A stretch of 32,000 bases of DNA from Candidatus Electronema halotolerans (GCA_942493095.1 OW818675.1:2430001-2462000); one strand, 5' to 3'. Counted from the stretch's first letter, positions 18,600-27,730 are shown. Translations and numbers: made by a program. Notes: a model not told the origin generated them from the letters alone.

Positions 18600-21524
18600 C
18601 TACAGCTCCATCACTTCATCAAAGAGCTTGGCTGCGGCCCTGAGCTTGTCGCTGCTGCCAATGCTGGCCCGCACCGCCTCTGTCCTCAGTCGCTCCAGGG
18701 CTGGGGCAAAGCTGCGCAGGTCATTGGCTTCAGCATCCAGCACCTGCTCAATGATCTGCTGCCGCCGCTCCGGCGTGATGCCGCAGAGATAGGCATCACG
18801 GGCCTTGGCTCCCTCAGCAGCAGGCGAGCGCAGGGAATTGAGGCTGCCATAGGTGCCGATGATGAGCTGGTCCAGCTTGGTCCGGCTCAAGTCCAGCTTG
18901 CTCACCGCAGCGGCAATGGCCTCATAAGCACTGTAGGTTTTCTCCACCTGCGGGTCGCGGTAGCTGATGACAGCCAGATTGCCGGAGACCGGATGAAACT
19001 GGACAAAGCAGCCATAAGCTCCGCCGAGCTGCCGCACTGTGTTCCAGAGGTAATCCCGTGACAGCCAGGTCTTGAGCACCTCAAACGCGCCGTTATGCTG
19101 GCTGGGATCAGGGAACAGCTTGCAGCCCTGCACGTTATAGGCCACCTCTGCTGAGGTGGTGAAGGCCTGCCGCAGCGGCAGGACGGGAAAGTCCATTGCC
19201 CCTGCCTGCGGGGCAGTGCCGGGCAGACTGCTTTGCAGTGCAGCGGCCCGGTCTTTGATGGCCGCAATATCCGCTGCCGAGCCGGTCATGGCGATCTTGA
19301 GGCCCGCAGGCTGGAAGAGTGCCCGGCGCAGGCTCTCCAGCTTGCTGAGGAAGTCCTCCTCCAGCGCATCATAGTCCGATGCCAGGGCCTTGAGCGTCAG
19401 ATAGGCGGTCGTGCCGTTGACATGCTCATTGATCATCCCTGCCGGACTGAGCTGGGCAAAGACCCGGCTGGCGGCTAACTGCCAGCCCTCGCTCTGCACT
19501 GCGTGCTCGGCCCAGGTGAATTCGCGCAGGACAATCTCCTTGATCCGCTGCCGGTTGTTCAAGTCCAGCTCGGCCAGCACCTCCTGCACCAAGTCAAGCG
19601 CATCCGGCAGATACCCGGACAGAGCCTTGGTTTGCAGCCAGAGCAGCGGCAGCGGTTTTTGCGTGTCGCTGACATGGGTGTAGGCGGTGAAGGCATGGCT
19701 GAGGCCGCCGGTGCAGATATGGATGTCCTTGGCAAAGCGGATGTAGTCGCGCTGCGTGGTGCCGATCTCGGTGGCAATGGTGGCGAAGAGATCAAGATAG
19801 GGCAGCAGGTCCGGGCTGATCTGGGCGCAGTCGAGGCCGAACTGCACGTAGGCGATGCCGTTGCAGTCCAATTCGCTGCTGATGCACTCTGCCGAGCCGC
19901 ACTGCTCGGCAACTGCGCTGGGCTGCGGCGGCCTGCGCTCCAAGTCAGCGCGGGCCAGCTTGGGCAGCAGGGCCAAGGACTCCTCGCTGTTCGGAGTCTG
20001 CTGGAGGCGCATCAGCTCCTGGGTGTCAGCAATCAGCTGGTCAATCTGGGCCTGATCAAGCGTCTGCTTGTATGCGGCCAGCCGCTCCTGCTCGGCCTGG
20101 GCCTGCCAGGCCGCCTTGTCCGGGTCAGGCCGGAGGGTGACAGCGGCAAAGGCCGGGCTGTCCAGCAGCTTCTCCCTGATGAGCTGCTCGAAATAGCCTT
20201 CCTCCAAGGCCTTGCGGCGGATGGAGGCGAACAGCTCGTCGATCTTGAGGGCGGCAAAAGGGTCTGCGCCATGCTGCAAGGCGGGCAGAGCCTTGCTGAT
20301 CAGCTCCAAGCCGCATTGAGCGCGGGTCAGTTCCTCGCGCACCGAAAACTCATAACTGTTCAGCTCGGACAGCACCAAGTCGCGGTCAAGGCCCTGCTCG
20401 ACAATCTGAGTCAGCACGTGGCGGCAGAGGGCAAGGAAGTCGTCGCGCTTGTCCGCATCCGAGCCGACCAAGTAGGTCAGCATCACGGTCTGGACGCAGT
20501 GATCAGCAATGAACATGCCGCCAAAGTCCTTGCCCAAGCCCGCCTCAACCACGGCCTGCTTCAGGGGCGAGGCATCCGAGTTGTAGAGGATGTTGGCAAT
20601 CACCTGAAAGGCGGTGGTCAGCTCGCGGTCAAGCAGGGTGGCAACAGGCGAGGCCACAGCCAGATAGGTCTTGCCTGCCAGCGTGCTGCCTGGCTGGACC
20701 GCATAGCTGTCCTCAACAAAGACCGGCCCGCTGATGCCGCTGCCCTGAACAATCTCGGCCCGCTGGCCCGCGCTCTTGTAGTGGCAGAGGAACTTGTCCT
20801 GCACAGCGGCCAGCTCCTCGTCCAAGTCGGCATCGCCATAGAAGAAGAGCATCCCGTTCGAGGGGTGATAGTGCTTCTGGTGGAAGGCGACAAACTGCTC
20901 GTAGGTCAGGTCAGGAATGCAGGCCGGATCGCCGCCTGACTCGTGCGCGTAGGTGGATTCGGGCATCAATCCTTGGAAGCTGCGCTGGAACATGATGCGG
21001 ATCGGATCGCTCCACGCGCCCTTCATCTCATTGAAGACCACGCCTTGAAACTGAAGCGGCGCGTCCTTGCTCTCCTTGTGATAATGCCAGCCTTCCTGGG
21101 CAAAGGTGCTGCGCGGGATGAGCGGATTGAGGACCACGTCGCAATAGACATCCATGATGCTGAAATACTCGCTCAGGTTGCGGGTGGCGAAAGGGTACCA
21201 CGTGGTGTCCGCGCCGGTCATGGCATTGAGGAAGGTGGTCAGGCCGCCCTTGAGCACCTCGCCGAACACGTCATGGACTGGATACTTCTTCGACCCCATC
21301 AGCACCGCATGTTCAAGGATGTGCGCCACGCCCGTGGAATCGGTCGGCACAGTCTGGAAGGCGAAGCAGAAGGTCTTGTTCGGATCGCTGTTCTTGATCG
21401 CCAAGGCCGGAGTGCCGAGCACCTGATGCTCGAACATAAGCACGTCCGCATTGATGTCAGCGACATGCTCCGTGCGCCGGAGGATGAAGCCGTGATGAAC
21501 AGAGCCGATAGTGAAGTCAGTCAT
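18600..21524 (-). CDS. M16C-family metallopeptidase (presequence-protease/insulinase-like), start trimmed
   Basis: HxxEH zinc motif 'GVAHILEHAVLMGSKKYP', 'DTTWYPFATRNLSEYFSIMDVYCDVVLNPLI', 'GVVFNEMKGA'. The track ORF starts at 21998, but homology-like sequence starts at 'MTDFTIGSVHHGFILRR' (ATG 21522-21524). Confidence 0.9.
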   Translation of the reverse strand: MTDFTIGSVHHGFILRRTEHVADINADVLMFEHQVLGTPALAIKNSDPNKTFCFAFQTVPTDSTGVAHILEHAVLMGSKKYPVHDVFGEVLKGGLTTFLNAMTGADTTWYPFATRNLSEYFSIMDVYCDVVLNPLIPRSTFAQEGWHYHKESKDAPLQFQGVVFNEMKGAWSDPIRIMFQRSFQGLMPESTYAHESGGDPACIPDLTYEQFVAFHQKHYHPSNGMLFFYGDADLDEELAAVQDKFLCHYKSAGQRAEIVQGSGISGPVFVEDSYAVQPGSTLAGKTYLAVASPVATLLDRELTTAFQVIANILYNSDASPLKQAVVEAGLGKDFGGMFIADHCVQTVMLTYLVGSDADKRDDFLALCRHVLTQIVEQGLDRDLVLSELNSYEFSVREELTRAQCGLELISKALPALQHGADPFAALKIDELFASIRRKALEEGYFEQLIREKLLDSPAFAAVTLRPDPDKAAWQAQAEQERLAAYKQTLDQAQIDQLIADTQELMRLQQTPNSEESLALLPKLARADLERRPPQPSAVAEQCGSAECISSELDCNGIAYVQFGLDCAQISPDLLPYLDLFATIATEIGTTQRDYIRFAKDIHICTGGLSHAFTAYTHVSDTQKPLPLLWLQTKALSGYLPDALDLVQEVLAELDLNNRQRIKEIVLREFTWAEHAVQSEGWQLAASRVFAQLSPAGMINEHVNGTTAYLTLKALASDYDALEEDFLSKLESLRRALFQPAGLKIAMTGSAADIAAIKDRAAALQSSLPGTAPQAGAMDFPVLPLRQAFTTSAEVAYNVQGCKLFPDPSQHNGAFEVLKTWLSRDYLWNTVRQLGGAYGCFVQFHPVSGNLAVISYRDPQVEKTYSAYEAIAAAVSKLDLSRTKLDQLIIGTYGSLNSLRSPAAEGAKARDAYLCGITPERRQQIIEQVLDAEANDLRSFAPALERLRTEAVRASIGSSDKLRAAAKLFDEVMEL

Positions 21525-21795
21525 GAAGAAGCGGTGTGGTTGAAGTTCAGGGAATCTGCGGGCGCAGGCCGGACTGACCCGCCCTGCCAAGTCCGCAGAC
21601 GGCAGCAGTCCGCATCCTATTGTTCTAAAGATTGGTCTGAAAATCAAGAAGAATAGTTGGCGCGCAGAATTGCGCCTGCCCTGATGGCAGCTGACATCTT
21701 CCATCCCTTGCACTGGGTCGCCACCAACCTCGTTGCGGATGGCAAGGGCGGTCGCCAGCACGGCCAGCTTACGGAACATCACCAAAAGCACTCCA

Positions 21796-21911
21796 GTGCA
21801 ATTCATAGTTGCACGGGAGAAGTATTCACCATTGCACGAGAGAGGTACGCGCCATTGCACTCTCGTGCAATCCATCGTTGCACGGGAGAAGTATCTGCCG
21901 TCGCACGGGAG
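21796..21911. repeat. Imperfect repeat/palindrome array
   Basis: 47-bp copies at 21796-21842 and 21865-21911 (offset 69 bp, 39/47 identical); perfect 12-bp inverted pair ATTGCACGAGAG (21831-21842) / CTCTCGTGCAAT (21860-21871); recurrent TTGCACGGGAG core. Confidence 0.8.
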
Positions 21912-21980
21912 TGCAATCACCATGCTTGCGTCCGCAGTCCAGCTTATTGCATTTTTCAGCCCGGATGCGTCATATTTTTC

Positions 21981-22009
21981 TTGACAGGCATATCGCACCG
22001 TCGTATTTT
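21981..22009 (+). promoter_or_regulatory. Predicted sigma70-type promoter for the 22067..23140 gene
   Basis: TTGACA (21981-21986), 17-bp spacer, TATTTT (22004-22009); AGGAGA ribosome-binding site at 22055-22060. Confidence 0.6.
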
Positions 22010-22066
22010 GCCAGAAGCAGCAGTGTCCAACCTCGCTTACCCCGCCTTTTTCACAGGAGAATCATC

Positions 22067-23140
22067 ATGGCCACTCTTCAATGGCGACCAGCAGTCAACG
22101 CGCTCACTAAACCTGTTTCCTACCGTATCCAGATCATTCCCCGAAACATCGCGGGCTATGAGGAAATGGCCGCTGATATCTCCGCTGCGAATCCCAATTA
22201 CAACGCTGATCTGGTGCGCTCGCTCGCCCCGCTGATCATGGAGTGGATTCAGGACAGGATGATCAACGGCGATCAGGTCACTCTGCCCGATGCCTTTATC
22301 TTCCGCGTCTCGGCCCAAGGGCGGCTGGACAGCCCTGACGCGCCCCTGCCCGATGACGAAAATATGCTCCAGGTGAGCGTCAGCGGCACCCGTGCCTGCA
22401 CGGGCAGACTGCGGGCGGAAGGCCGGATGGAACGCCAGCCCATGAATGAAAAACTCCCGCATATCAACTCGGCTGAAGACACCAAGCTCAAGCTGGCTGA
22501 CGTGCTCAATCCGGCTGGTCTCCTCCATCTGATGGGCAGCAATCTCTATTTTGAAGAAGATGACCCGCATTCCAGTTGCGTGATTCAGGGCACGGAGAGC
22601 GGCGAGACCAAGCAGAGCACCTTTGGCGTGCTCTCCAATTCCGAGATTCTGCTTGCGCCTGACATCCCGGCCCAAGCAAACCCTTGGAACAACGAGTATT
22701 CAATTAGCCTGACCACGCATTATACAGAACATGGCACGCCGCGCACCGGCACCTATCAGCGCAGACTGCGCAGCCCGCTGGCAGTTCCGAATATGGGACA
22801 TCCGAATCCGCCCGAAACCGGCATCCTGACCGGCAGCGCGGCTGCGCCGTATGTCGTGATCAATGGTGGCTCGGTCTCAGCGGATGAACGCCTGCGCATT
22901 CAGGTGATTCAGGACTTGGTCGAGGAGCAGCTCCTTTTCTCGCTCATTGATATGAAAGAGGAGGGTGCGAGCGGTGCGGAAATCCCAGTGACCCAGAACG
23001 GGACATACAGCCTGCCGGGTTTCACTGGCTCCGCCGTGAGTTCGCTGGAAATCAGCGTGAATGAGTATGCCGCCCTCTGGGAGATGCTCCGCAATAACTA
23101 TAACGGCAGACTGGTGGATGTGCTGGATGTGGTGGTGTAG
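22067..23140 (+). CDS. Probable HU-like plus DUF4469-like (Ig-fold) protein, start trimmed
   Basis: 357 aa from ATG 22067 preceded by AGGAGA. N-terminal 'YRIQIIPRNI' and C-terminal 'GLLHLMGSNLYFEEDD...YSISLTTHYTEHGTPRTGTYQRRLRSPL' resemble the DUF4469 layout. The track ORF's first 86 codons cover the repeat array and promoter. Confidence 0.55.
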   Translation: MATLQWRPAVNALTKPVSYRIQIIPRNIAGYEEMAADISAANPNYNADLVRSLAPLIMEWIQDRMINGDQVTLPDAFIFRVSAQGRLDSPDAPLPDDENMLQVSVSGTRACTGRLRAEGRMERQPMNEKLPHINSAEDTKLKLADVLNPAGLLHLMGSNLYFEEDDPHSSCVIQGTESGETKQSTFGVLSNSEILLAPDIPAQANPWNNEYSISLTTHYTEHGTPRTGTYQRRLRSPLAVPNMGHPNPPETGILTGSAAAPYVVINGGSVSADERLRIQVIQDLVEEQLLFSLIDMKEEGASGAEIPVTQNGTYSLPGFTGSAVSSLEISVNEYAALWEMLRNNYNGRLVDVLDVVV

Positions 23141-23288
23141 AGGCAAGTGTGACCGCGCGGCGAGATAGATGCATTGTGGGAGATTCGTGCCTGCGACCAC
23201 GACCTGTAACCAGAATCAATGCGCGGTTGAATACGTATACGCTGTATTTAACATTGATGAGATATTAAATCATTGAGAGGATTGATTA

Positions 23289-24230
23289 ATGAAAAATAGC
23301 ATAATACGTTTTGTGTGTACAATTTTTGTATTATCATTTTATTTTTTTAATATAACATACGCTCAAGCTAAAATAGGCGGGTACTGTGGAAATTGCGAGA
23401 AGGAAAAACAGGAACTTAGCGATGCTCAGGGATTACTATCATTAGCGCAGGAAACATTATCGACAGCGAATGAAAACCTTAGTTCTGCGAGTGATAAGTA
23501 TTCAACTGCCGAAGGATTGCTTGAGTTTGCGAAGCAAGCTAAAGAGAGAGCTGAAGCATTATTAAATAATGCAAAACAAGCAGTTGCTGAAGCAAAGGAT
23601 GCCATATTAAGCCTGAAGGATGAAATAACAGCCCTTCGTCTATCTCTTATGCAGGCGACTGCATATTGGGCTTATCTTCAGATACAAGCAACCATAATTC
23701 TTAAAGAAGCAGCCCTCAGTGCAGCAGAACTACTTCTTCCCCCCTTGATAGCCGCCGCCGCCACAGCAGCAATTGTTTGGTTCGACGCAAAACAAGCAAT
23801 TCCACCATTAAAAGATCAAGTGACAGTTGCTAAGGATGATTATGAGAAGGCTTTAGAAAAATGGAGGCTTGCATCAAAGGATGTTAGAGATAAAACTAAG
23901 AATGTTGAGGTTAAAAAGAATAGTTTAGACAAATGTCTTGCAAGCCGAGTGACACCCGCTCAATGTGAGAAATGCGAAAACAATAAAATTGCAGCCAATG
24001 ACTCTGAAGACCCTGGAATGTGCAAAAAATGTCAGAACGGAGCTGTAGTAAACGATAACTCGGAAGACCCCGGAATATGCAAAAAATGTCAAGGAGGAAG
24101 TGCGGTAACTGACTATTCAGAATCTTGTAATGATTTTGATCCATGCACAGAAGGTGATCATTGCACTGATGACGGATGCGCAGGAACTCCTATCGAAAAT
24201 CCATCCCCCAGTTCTCCAGAATGCCAGTAA
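23289..24230 (+). CDS. Predicted secreted coiled-coil protein with C-terminal tandem CxxC repeats
   Basis: 313 aa; signal peptide 'MKNSIIRFVCTIFVLSFYFFNITYAQA', Ala/Glu/Lys-rich coiled-coil, hydrophobic 'AAELLLPPLIAAAATAAIVWF', then CEKC/CKKC/CKKC repeats and a Cys-rich tail 'CNDFDPCTEGDHCTDDGCAGTP'. Confidence 0.75.
   Translation: MKNSIIRFVCTIFVLSFYFFNITYAQAKIGGYCGNCEKEKQELSDAQGLLSLAQETLSTANENLSSASDKYSTAEGLLEFAKQAKERAEALLNNAKQAVAEAKDAILSLKDEITALRLSLMQATAYWAYLQIQATIILKEAALSAAELLLPPLIAAAATAAIVWFDAKQAIPPLKDQVTVAKDDYEKALEKWRLASKDVRDKTKNVEVKKNSLDKCLASRVTPAQCEKCENNKIAANDSEDPGMCKKCQNGAVVNDNSEDPGICKKCQGGSAVTDYSESCNDFDPCTEGDHCTDDGCAGTPIENPSPSSPECQ
23964..24125 (+). repeat. 57-bp in-frame tandem repeat (about 2.8 units)
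   Basis: Unit starts at 23964, 24021 and 24078; encodes C(E/K)KC..(N/G)..A.N..SEDPG(M/I) in 19-aa periods. Confidence 0.85.
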
Positions 24231-24280
24231 GTAGGCTAGGCAAATAGCTGTATCGTTTGCCCAAGTAAGCTGACATAATT

Positions 24281-24310
24281 GGCGGGCAAGCAAAAAGTTG
24301 CTTGCCCGCC
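24281..24310. terminator. Perfect 13-bp stem hairpin between convergent genes; possible bidirectional terminator or mobile repeat
   Basis: GGCGGGCAAGCAA-AAAG-TTGCTTGCCCGCC between the + stop at 24230 and the - stop at 24342; no U-tract on either side. Confidence 0.5.
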
Positions 24311-24341
24311 CTACGGTGTTGAGCGAAGTCGAAAGGCACCA

Positions 24342-26144
24342 TTACAGCACCGCGCTTGCTCCTTCCTCAGCCCCAGACAACACCCTCCGCAAGGCGGCAA
24401 ACATTCCATGTCCCGGCTCGGCAGACTCCGGCGGCGGCAGGGCGGCCTGTCGCTGCGCCAGCGTCGCTTCATCCACCTGCAATTGCAACGCAGAGCTGCG
24501 GGCATCCATGCGGATGATGTCGCCAGTCTGCACCTTGGCAATCAGTCCGCCTGCCAATGCCTCTGGCGTGCAGTGAATGGCAAAGGGCACCTTGCCTGAC
24601 GCGCCCGACAGCCGCCCGTCCGTGACCAATCCAACCTTGTAGCCCTGCTCCATCAGCACGGCTAACGGCGTGAGCAGCTTGTGCAGCTCTGGCATGCCGT
24701 TGGCTCGCGGCCCTTGAAAGCGGACAACCGCAATCAGGTCGCGGTTCATCTGCCCAGCCTTGAAAGCCTGCTCCAGCTCGTGCTGGCTGCTGAAAACCAT
24801 CGCCGGAGCTTCAACGCAGGTGTTCTCGCCGTCAGCCAAGGCGGAAATCTTCATGATTGCCCGGCCTAAGTTGCCGGACAGCAGCTTGATGCCGCTGACC
24901 GGGGCAAAGGGCTTGTTCAGCGTGGCGATGATGGACAGGTCACGGCTCTGCTCCGGCCCAGACTGCCAGACTGCTTTGTCCTTTGCCAGAACAGGCTTTT
25001 CCATATACCTGCTGAAGCCCGGCCCAGCCACAGTCTGCACATCCTCATGCAAAAAGCCGCCAGCCAGCAGCTCGCGGATGAGCAGGGCCATGCCGCCTGC
25101 CTGCTGGAACGAATTGATGTCGCCTGCGCCGTTGGGATAAATGCGCACCAAGAGCGGCACGGCTGCGGACAGCTCGGCAAAGTCGTCCCAGTCAATCAGG
25201 ATTCCGGCAGCCTTGGCAATGGCCACCAAGTGCATGGTCTCATTGGTTGACCCGCCCGTGGCGAGCAGGCCGACCATTGCGTTGACCACCGCCTTTTCAC
25301 TGATCACCTCGGCCAGCGGCGTGTATTCGCTGCCAAGATGAGTGATAGCAGTAACCCGGCGGGCCGCAGCCTTGGTCAGCTCCTCGCGCAAGGGCGTATC
25401 CGCATTGACAAAGGACGCGCCCGGCAGATGCACGCCCAGCATCTCGGCCATGAGCTGGTTGGAATTGGCGGTGCCGTAAAAGGTGCAGGTGCCGGGGCTG
25501 TGGTAGGCCCGCAGCTCCGAGGCCAGCAGCCCGTCCTTGCCGATCTCACCCTTGGCAAAGCGTTCGCGGATCAGATTCTTTTCCCGGTTGCCGATGCCGG
25601 AGGACATGGGGCCAGCAGGCACGAGCAGCATGGGCAGGTGGCCGTATTGCAGGCCGCCCATGAGCAGGCCGGGCATGATCTTGTCGCAGACACCGAGCAG
25701 CAGTGCGCCGTCAAAGACATTGTGCGACAGGGCGATGACCACAGCAAGGGCGATCACGTCCCGGCTCATCAGGCTCAAATCCATGCCCGGCTCGCCTTGG
25801 GTGATGCCGTCGCACATGGCAGGCACGCCGCCTGCAAACTGGGCTGTGCCGCCCGCCTCTGCCACGGCCTGCTTGATCAGCTCAGGATAGCGGCCCAGCG
25901 GCTGATGGGCGGAGACCAAGTCGTTGTAGGCGGAGATGATGGCGATGTTGGGCACCGAATCAGCAAGCAGGGCCGGACGGCAGGCCGGGCAGCCAGCAAG
26001 GTCGTGCGCCAAGTTGCTGCACGGCAGCGTTTTGCGGAACGGCCCTTTGCTTTTGGCCGCCGCCATTCGCGACAAATACGCGGCGCGGCTGGCTGCGCTG
26101 CGCTCAATAATCCGACGGGTGACGTGTTCAACAGTTGCGTTCAT
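24342..26144 (-). CDS. edd: 6-phosphogluconate dehydratase (Entner-Doudoroff)
   Basis: 600 aa; ILVD/EDD family motifs 'NIAIISAYNDLVSAHQPLG', 'GGVPAMCDGITQGEPGM', 'CDKIMPGLLMG', 'GTCTFYGTANSNQ', 'GLVTDGRLSGASGKVPFAIH'. Confidence 0.93.
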   Translation of the reverse strand: MNATVEHVTRRIIERSAASRAAYLSRMAAAKSKGPFRKTLPCSNLAHDLAGCPACRPALLADSVPNIAIISAYNDLVSAHQPLGRYPELIKQAVAEAGGTAQFAGGVPAMCDGITQGEPGMDLSLMSRDVIALAVVIALSHNVFDGALLLGVCDKIMPGLLMGGLQYGHLPMLLVPAGPMSSGIGNREKNLIRERFAKGEIGKDGLLASELRAYHSPGTCTFYGTANSNQLMAEMLGVHLPGASFVNADTPLREELTKAAARRVTAITHLGSEYTPLAEVISEKAVVNAMVGLLATGGSTNETMHLVAIAKAAGILIDWDDFAELSAAVPLLVRIYPNGAGDINSFQQAGGMALLIRELLAGGFLHEDVQTVAGPGFSRYMEKPVLAKDKAVWQSGPEQSRDLSIIATLNKPFAPVSGIKLLSGNLGRAIMKISALADGENTCVEAPAMVFSSQHELEQAFKAGQMNRDLIAVVRFQGPRANGMPELHKLLTPLAVLMEQGYKVGLVTDGRLSGASGKVPFAIHCTPEALAGGLIAKVQTGDIIRMDARSSALQLQVDEATLAQRQAALPPPESAEPGHGMFAALRRVLSGAEEGASAVL

Positions 26145-26161
26145 GGCATGGATTTGCTGAT

Positions 26162-26881
26162 TCAGGTGCGGGCGGCCAAACCTTGGGCGATTTCCTGCTG
26201 GAGGCTGCGGACCAGAGCGGCAGGGTCGCTGCTGTTGCGGATCGGCCTGCCAATGACCACATAATCCGCGCCATTGCTGATCGCGTTTTTGGCGGTGGCA
26301 ATCCGCTTCTGATCATCGCTGCCATCATCAATGTTGGCTCCGGGCCGGATGCCAGGAGTGACGATGAGAAAGTTTTCATCCAGCGCGTTCCGCAGGGGCT
26401 GGGCCTCCAAGGCTGAGGCAACCACGCCGTCGCAGCCGATCTCCAAGGCGTTGCGGGAACGGCGCAGGACCAGATCAGCAATGCTGCCGTTCAGGCCCAT
26501 TGCCCGCATGTCGTCCTCGCAGAAGCTGGTCAGCACGGTGACGGCAAGAATTTTCACATCGCCCTTGGCCTGCGCGGCAGCCCGCAGAATAGGGTCATTG
26601 CCATGCACAGTGGCAAAGGTCACGCCCCGGTTGTTGAGCTGACTGACCGCCAGATGCACGGTTTCCGGGATGTCAAAAAACTTGAGGTCCAGCATGACCT
26701 TGCAGCCGCGCCGGACAATCTCGTCAATGATCTGAAAACCGCTGCTGAGAAAAAGCTGGAGACCGACCTTGAAGAATCTGATCTCGCTCTCCAGCGTGTT
26801 GATCAGGTGCATGGCCTCCTCATGCGAAGGCACGTCCAAGGCAAAGATAATGCGCTCGTTGAGCGGAATGTTTTTGGGCAT
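26162..26881 (-). CDS. pyrF: Orotidine 5'-phosphate decarboxylase
   Basis: 239 aa; 'IIFALDVPSHEEAM', 'VMLDLKFFDIPETV', 'IVTPGIRP', 'GADYVVIGRPI'. Confidence 0.96.
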   Translation of the reverse strand: MPKNIPLNERIIFALDVPSHEEAMHLINTLESEIRFFKVGLQLFLSSGFQIIDEIVRRGCKVMLDLKFFDIPETVHLAVSQLNNRGVTFATVHGNDPILRAAAQAKGDVKILAVTVLTSFCEDDMRAMGLNGSIADLVLRRSRNALEIGCDGVVASALEAQPLRNALDENFLIVTPGIRPGANIDDGSDDQKRIATAKNAISNGADYVVIGRPIRNSSDPAALVRSLQQEIAQGLAART

Positions 26882-26887
26882 GATGCT

Positions 26888-27703
26888 TCAGGGGGAAACG
26901 GAGGCTTGGCTGCGCCGCCGGGAAAGATAAACAAGAATGCCTGCGCCGATCATGGCTGAACAGAGCAGCTGGCCCATGCTCAGACCAAAGAGGAGCAGGC
27001 CGAGCTGCGCATCCGGCTCGCGGAAGAATTCGAGCTGGAACCGGAAACAGCCGTATAAAATCAAAAACAGGGCCAGCAGCGAGCCATGCGGCCAGCGGCT
27101 GGACGGCGGCTTCTGCCACGGTTTTGCCCGCAGCGGCCAGAGGATGCAAAAGAGCAGCAGTCCCTCCAGCAGGGCTTCGTAAATCTGGGAAGGATGCCTC
27201 GGCAGCTCGCCGCCATTGGGAAAGACCATGCCCCACGGCACGTCTGTGGTCCGGCCATACAGCTCGCTGTTGAGGAAATTGCCCAGCCTGCCCAATCCCA
27301 GCCCAATAGGCGTGACCACTGCGTAGAGATCAACCCCTTTCCAGAAGTCAAGCCTGCTGAAACGGCAGTAGAGCAGCCCGGCAATCAGCACCCCGATCAG
27401 GCCGCCGTGAAAGGACATGCCGCCCTGCCAGGTGGCAAATATCTGCGCCGGGTGGTGCAGATAATAGGAGAAATTGTAGAACAGGACATAGCCCAGCCGT
27501 CCGCCAAGAATCACCCCGGCGATCAGAGCCAGATTGATATTGTCAAGATGATCAAGCATCTGCTGCCAGCCGACCTGCTTGGCCTGCCGCCGGACCAATA
27601 CATAGGCGGCGGCAAAGCCGAGCACATACATCAGGCCGTACCAGCGCACGGTCAGCGGGCCGACAGAAAAAATAACCGGATCAATTTCAGGATAGGCAAG
27701 CAT
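26888..27703 (-). CDS. lgt: Prolipoprotein diacylglyceryl transferase
   Basis: 271 aa; 'VRWYGLMYVLGF', 'GGRLGYVLFYN', 'GGMSFHGGLIG', 'GRLGNFLNSELYGR', 'RHPSQIYEALLEG'. Confidence 0.96.
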   Translation of the reverse strand: MLAYPEIDPVIFSVGPLTVRWYGLMYVLGFAAAYVLVRRQAKQVGWQQMLDHLDNINLALIAGVILGGRLGYVLFYNFSYYLHHPAQIFATWQGGMSFHGGLIGVLIAGLLYCRFSRLDFWKGVDLYAVVTPIGLGLGRLGNFLNSELYGRTTDVPWGMVFPNGGELPRHPSQIYEALLEGLLLFCILWPLRAKPWQKPPSSRWPHGSLLALFLILYGCFRFQLEFFREPDAQLGLLLFGLSMGQLLCSAMIGAGILVYLSRRRSQASVSP

Positions 27704-27730
27704 GTTGCTCCGCGCCCTTTGTTTCTCTGT

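Noticed and set aside
19503-20939. 478-aa plus-strand ORF opposite the M16C peptidase
   Set aside because: Antisense shadow ORF; the minus strand carries clear peptidase homology.
21796-21911. Possible CRISPR array
   Set aside because: Only two imperfect copies, short irregular spacer with internal palindromes, and no cas genes in the window.
21525-21998. 158-aa N-terminal extension of the M16C protein, apparently repetitive (YFSRATMDCTR / YFSRATMNCTG)
   Set aside because: The repetition is produced by the intergenic DNA repeat array; M16C homology begins at ATG 21524, so this is not a real protein extension.
21809-22066. 86-codon N-terminal extension of the 21809..23140 ORF
   Set aside because: It overlaps the repeat array and a good predicted promoter; a strong RBS and ATG at 22067 give the more likely start.
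24342-26144. Entner-Doudoroff operon
   Set aside because: Only edd is present; no eda, zwf or pgl nearby, so no pathway cluster can be claimed.
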